20,000 bases of DNA from an uncultured virus (IMG/VR IMGVR_UViG_3300042303_000391). Its lineage: Duplodnaviria > Heunggongvirae > Uroviricota > Caudoviricetes. Both the position numbers and the translations under genes were made by a program. Numbering within the stretch: the first letter of the stretch is position 1; every line of letters starts with the position of its first letter. The stretch lies in the IMG/VR virus record IMGVR_UViG_3300042303_000391; one strand, 5' to 3'. Positions 16,779 through 20,000 of this stretch are shown here, one piece after another. The notes under the pieces are model-generated. The model saw nothing but the letters and a program-made list of their open reading frames with translations, had not been told where the DNA came from and did not search any database.

Positions 16779-17064
16779 GATTGTAAAAGAATACAAAGAC
16801 GCTACAAGACAGGAAATATGGGAAGGAGTTAGAGATAACTTTATTTGGGGCTTTCTAGGATCTATAATAATAGTATTTGTCTCTACTAAATCTGATATTG
16901 CTGTCTTGGGGTCTTATATAGTTTATTATACATTTTTAAGCAAAATTATTAATAGGCCAAAATACGTTACAGATTTAGGAAAATTAGTGGTGTTTCCTAT
17001 TAGCTCTGCGACAGGAGCCTTTACAGGATATAAGCTTTCTTCATACATTTTAACTCTTATTTAA
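16753..17064 (+). CDS. small multi-pass membrane protein
   Basis: About three hydrophobic segments; ATG 16753 is the more plausible start than 16708 (smaller overlap). Confidence 0.65.
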   Translation: MRKKQSLNRIVKEYKDATRQEIWEGVRDNFIWGFLGSIIIVFVSTKSDIAVLGSYIVYYTFLSKIINRPKYVTDLGKLVVFPISSATGAFTGYKLSSYILTLI

Positions 17065-17065
17065 C

Positions 17066-17635
17066 ATGAAAGACAATTTAAAAAAAATAATTCCTTTATT
17101 AGTATTTCAAAATAGTAGTTTTTATGAAATACTTGTCATACAAAACTCTAATAAACAAGTAATTAAGCATTACATGGTAGATAGTTTGCAAAATTTAATG
17201 GCTAATTACGATGAAATGAAACGTATTGCTGATTATTTAGATGCTAGTGTATATATTAAACTAGGCTCTTATTCTAAAGAAAAACTAGGATATAAAATAA
17301 TAGAAACCTTGTCTAAAAAATTAGAGAAGCAAGAATTAGAATACTCTTTATTAATTGAGGAATCTATCGGCAACTTAAAATCAAATTTTGAGCATTGGAT
17401 AATAGATATAGATTTTAAAGATGTATCTGATACTGATATTATTAGAATTCAAAAGGCAATTAATGATTGTGAACCTGGAGGTAAAAATATTATAGCAGAG
17501 ATACCTACACCTAATGGGGCACATATTATTACAAGACCCTTTAATACTAACCAATTCATACCCCACCAAGATGTCTTTTATAAATGCAAAGTGAATAAAG
17601 ACAGCTCTACAATTTTATATACTAATAGTAAATAA
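17066..17635 (+). CDS. phage protein with AEP/prim-pol-like motifs
   Basis: WIIDID (DxD) and IPTPNGAHII (motif II-like). Confidence 0.5.
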   Translation: MKDNLKKIIPLLVFQNSSFYEILVIQNSNKQVIKHYMVDSLQNLMANYDEMKRIADYLDASVYIKLGSYSKEKLGYKIIETLSKKLEKQELEYSLLIEESIGNLKSNFEHWIIDIDFKDVSDTDIIRIQKAINDCEPGGKNIIAEIPTPNGAHIITRPFNTNQFIPHQDVFYKCKVNKDSSTILYTNSK

Positions 17636-17696
17636 AACATTAATACAGACAACCTTATTAATTAAAATAATCTCAAATAAAATTAAAATTTTTTTA

Positions 17697-17704
17697 TATT
17701 TTTG
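17697..17704 (+). promoter_or_regulatory. Bacteroidota -7 promoter element TATTTTTG
   Basis: TAnnTTTG 26 nt before the ATG at 17731; very AT-rich context lowers specificity. Confidence 0.5.
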
Positions 17705-17730
17705 TAGCTACTAAATTACAAATCTATAAA

Positions 17731-19650
17731 ATGAGAACACTTAAACTATTGATTATAAGCTTATTAGCTTGTATAAACATTTATGGACAAACAGGCCCCG
17801 CAGCTCCTTCTACTGGTATATGGGCATTAATTGACACCGCTTATAATGTAGGAACAACTACACAAGGATTTACAAAAGCAAGAGTTACATTAAAAAATAC
17901 CACCACTACAAAAGTAACAGGTGTGCAATTCAGAGTTTTTTATGACAAAGTTGCTTTTAAAAACTCAGGGGTTAGCTTAGTGGGAAGTACAACCAATCTT
18001 GATTTACAATATGTAACGGATTCTGTAAATGGATTTTCAACTATAACATTAATTTATACAGGTAATAGTAGTGCTTATTCCCTTGCTAATGGAGAAACTT
18101 TTGAGCTTACTCTTACACACGCTGCTCCATCTATTTTTAATAATTTAACTTTTATAGACTCTTTGAAATTTTCAGGAGTATCTACCTTTCCTCAATATGC
18201 TTCTACACAAGCAGGTATGGATACTACTTTAGGACTATACAGTTATAATGGAGAATTCAAAAGACCAAAACTTAACTTCAAAGGTACCTTCGCAAATGTG
18301 AATGGAACTGGAGCTAAAAATTTAACTTTATCTTTAGAGAAAAAACCTAAGTCAGGGTCAACTTGGGCTCAAGTAAATTCTTATAAAACTAATATTGCAG
18401 GTAAGTTTTCATTCTCAGAAACATTGGATACTACTTTCTGGGATGTAAGATTAGCAGTTAAAGGGGATACAATGGGTGTAGGTAATGTAGTTTCTACAAC
18501 AGACGCTCAATTGATTAACCAATGGGTATTGGGTGTGGGTACCCCAAAAGATTTTGATTTCTATGCTGCGGATGTAAATGGCAATTCTAATATTACAGTG
18601 GCGGATGCTTTTGGAGTATTTGGAAGAGTAGCAGGAAGAATAACAAGTTGGTCTAATAATGTAAAAGATATTAAATTCTTTACAGCAGCAGAATATGCTA
18701 CAATTACAGGAACACCTACAACAAACTATACATCAACTATTTCAGGTGTAACTAATTTTTACTTTGATATATTGCCAGGGCAACCTGACTCGGTTACATA
18801 TTATGTAGTGGTTCCAGGAGATGCTAACTCTACAGGATACAATATGGCTAGAACAACTCCAATGGAAATCCTTATAAATGGTCCACAAGATTTAGACCCT
18901 CAAACTCACAGAGTTATTGATACAAAAGTGGAATATGATTTCCCTACTAATAATATTGAGTTAACTGTCCCTAAATTAAATGTAAATGAAGGAAATATGG
19001 TTAATATCCCTGTAAGTTTAAAATCTGACAGCATCAATGTATTGGCTTTGCAATTTGGGTTGAAATATGATAGCACACTTCTTAATTTTAAAGGAATCTA
19101 CTCTAGTGCTAATACACAAAAATGGTTCACTTATGTAAATCCTAGTGAAGGAGAAATTTCTTGGGGAGGATATGATCCAAGTAACAATACTAATCCTTTA
19201 AAAAATGGAGATGAAATTATTACATTTCAGTTTTTAGCATTAAAACCTCAAGCTGATTGGGGAGTTAGTCCTCTTTACACTTCAAGTAAATTTGCAGGAA
19301 ACGTACAATCAAAAGATTTATCTCTATCTCCTAGTAATAATATTATACAAGTGAGAAAAATGTCTCCCACTAATATTGGAAGAATTATAGATGCTAACAC
19401 TATGGAAGTTTATCCAAATCCTACAACGGGAATTATAGATATTGTTTTTAATGTAGAAGAAAGCACAAATGCCACATTATCAGTTTATGATATATTGGGT
19501 AGCTTACGCATTACAGTATTATCAGAACCTGTAGCAAAAGGACAATACACTTATAGAGCGGATTTAGGTACACTATCTGCGGGAATTTATACAGCAAAAT
19601 TGCTATTAGATAACAAAAGTGTGCTAGTTTCAAAAATTATTAAACAATAA
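17731..19650 (+). CDS. secreted cohesin/dockerin protein with type IX secretion C-terminal sorting domain
   Basis: Signal peptide ending IYG|Q; cohesin-like GVQFRVFYD and NIPVSL...ALQFGLKYD; dockerin-like STTDAQLI...AADVNGNSNITVADA; CTD VYPNPTTG...VYDILG...LSAGIY...KIIKQ. Confidence 0.88.
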   Translation: MRTLKLLIISLLACINIYGQTGPAAPSTGIWALIDTAYNVGTTTQGFTKARVTLKNTTTTKVTGVQFRVFYDKVAFKNSGVSLVGSTTNLDLQYVTDSVNGFSTITLIYTGNSSAYSLANGETFELTLTHAAPSIFNNLTFIDSLKFSGVSTFPQYASTQAGMDTTLGLYSYNGEFKRPKLNFKGTFANVNGTGAKNLTLSLEKKPKSGSTWAQVNSYKTNIAGKFSFSETLDTTFWDVRLAVKGDTMGVGNVVSTTDAQLINQWVLGVGTPKDFDFYAADVNGNSNITVADAFGVFGRVAGRITSWSNNVKDIKFFTAAEYATITGTPTTNYTSTISGVTNFYFDILPGQPDSVTYYVVVPGDANSTGYNMARTTPMEILINGPQDLDPQTHRVIDTKVEYDFPTNNIELTVPKLNVNEGNMVNIPVSLKSDSINVLALQFGLKYDSTLLNFKGIYSSANTQKWFTYVNPSEGEISWGGYDPSNNTNPLKNGDEIITFQFLALKPQADWGVSPLYTSSKFAGNVQSKDLSLSPSNNIIQVRKMSPTNIGRIIDANTMEVYPNPTTGIIDIVFNVEESTNATLSVYDILGSLRITVLSEPVAKGQYTYRADLGTLSAGIYTAKLLLDNKSVLVSKIIKQ

Positions 19651-19661
19651 AAATAAATATT

Positions 19662-19961
19662 ATGTCAGAAGAAATTCAAAACGATGGTTCTATGGATAGT
19701 TTGAAAAAAACTATTATCGGAGCAATAGGTACATTAGTTACAGCAGCAGGTGTGTGGGCTTCTACACATTTGTTTGGAGGAGAAACTGAGCACAAAGAAG
19801 AAGTTAAAACTGAAGCGTCTGCTCCTGTGGCACCAATCGTAGTTAATATTGAGAATACTAACCAACAAAAACAAAGTGCAGCTCCTACTACAATCATTAG
19901 AGAAAAAGTTGTAGAAAAACCTGCTAAAAAAGAGAAATCTGAAGATGAAAGTCCTTGGTAG
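19662..19961 (+). CDS. small membrane-anchored protein
   Basis: TM segment TIIGAIGTLVTAAGVWASTHLF followed by a low-complexity tail. Confidence 0.75.
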   Translation: MSEEIQNDGSMDSLKKTIIGAIGTLVTAAGVWASTHLFGGETEHKEEVKTEASAPVAPIVVNIENTNQQKQSAAPTTIIREKVVEKPAKKEKSEDESPW

Positions 19962-20000
19962 TCTATTATTTTTACCTTTATTTACATTCTCCCAAATAGG
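19945..20000 (+). CDS. 5' end of a probable secreted protein (MKVLGSLLFLPLFTFSQI...), runs off the window
   Basis: Manual translation; signal-peptide-like with Gln after the putative cleavage site; overlaps the previous stop. Confidence 0.55.
   Translation, partial: MKVLGSLLFLPLFTFSQI

Noticed and set aside
16533..17064. Holin/spanin lysis cassette
   Set aside because: These are membrane proteins, but there is no adjacent endolysin or lipobox, so support is insufficient.
483..19897. Minus-strand ORFs in the track (e.g. 483-671, 3130-3363, 6278-6625, 7764-7961, 11143-11418, 13753-14031, 19676-19897)
   Set aside because: They are shadows overlapping better supported + strand genes and have no recognisable motifs.
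1..20000. Stop-codon reassignment as in some crAss-like phages
   Set aside because: Core genes are full length in the standard code with tight packing, and TAG and TGA both end plausible ORFs.

Overview
AT-rich segment with essentially all genes on the + strand. It is most consistent with a Bacteroidota-infecting dsDNA phage with a crAss-like replication module; this is inferred from gene content, not from a database hit. 1-5300: short early-type ORFs joined by repeated leader motifs, plus a DenV-like pyrimidine-dimer glycosylase and a membrane-anchored lytic transglycosylase. 5300-8330: an SF2 helicase, then an accessory island with an RNAP alpha-CTD-like gene and a run of small genes separated by attC-like hairpins. 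Three of those gene units have self-complementary ends (GTTA...TAAC), so this looks like an integron-like cassette array with no integrase in the window. 8369-16442: PD-(D/E)XK nuclease, PolA, HNH, DnaB-like helicase, AAA/Sak4-like ATPase, putative SSB, primase and dUTPase. 17731-20000: a signal-peptide protein with cohesin, dockerin and a T9SS C-terminal sorting domain, starting a probable cell-surface operon. Five Bacteroidota-type TAnnTTTG -7 promoter elements precede gene blocks. All protein calls come from motifs recognised by eye.
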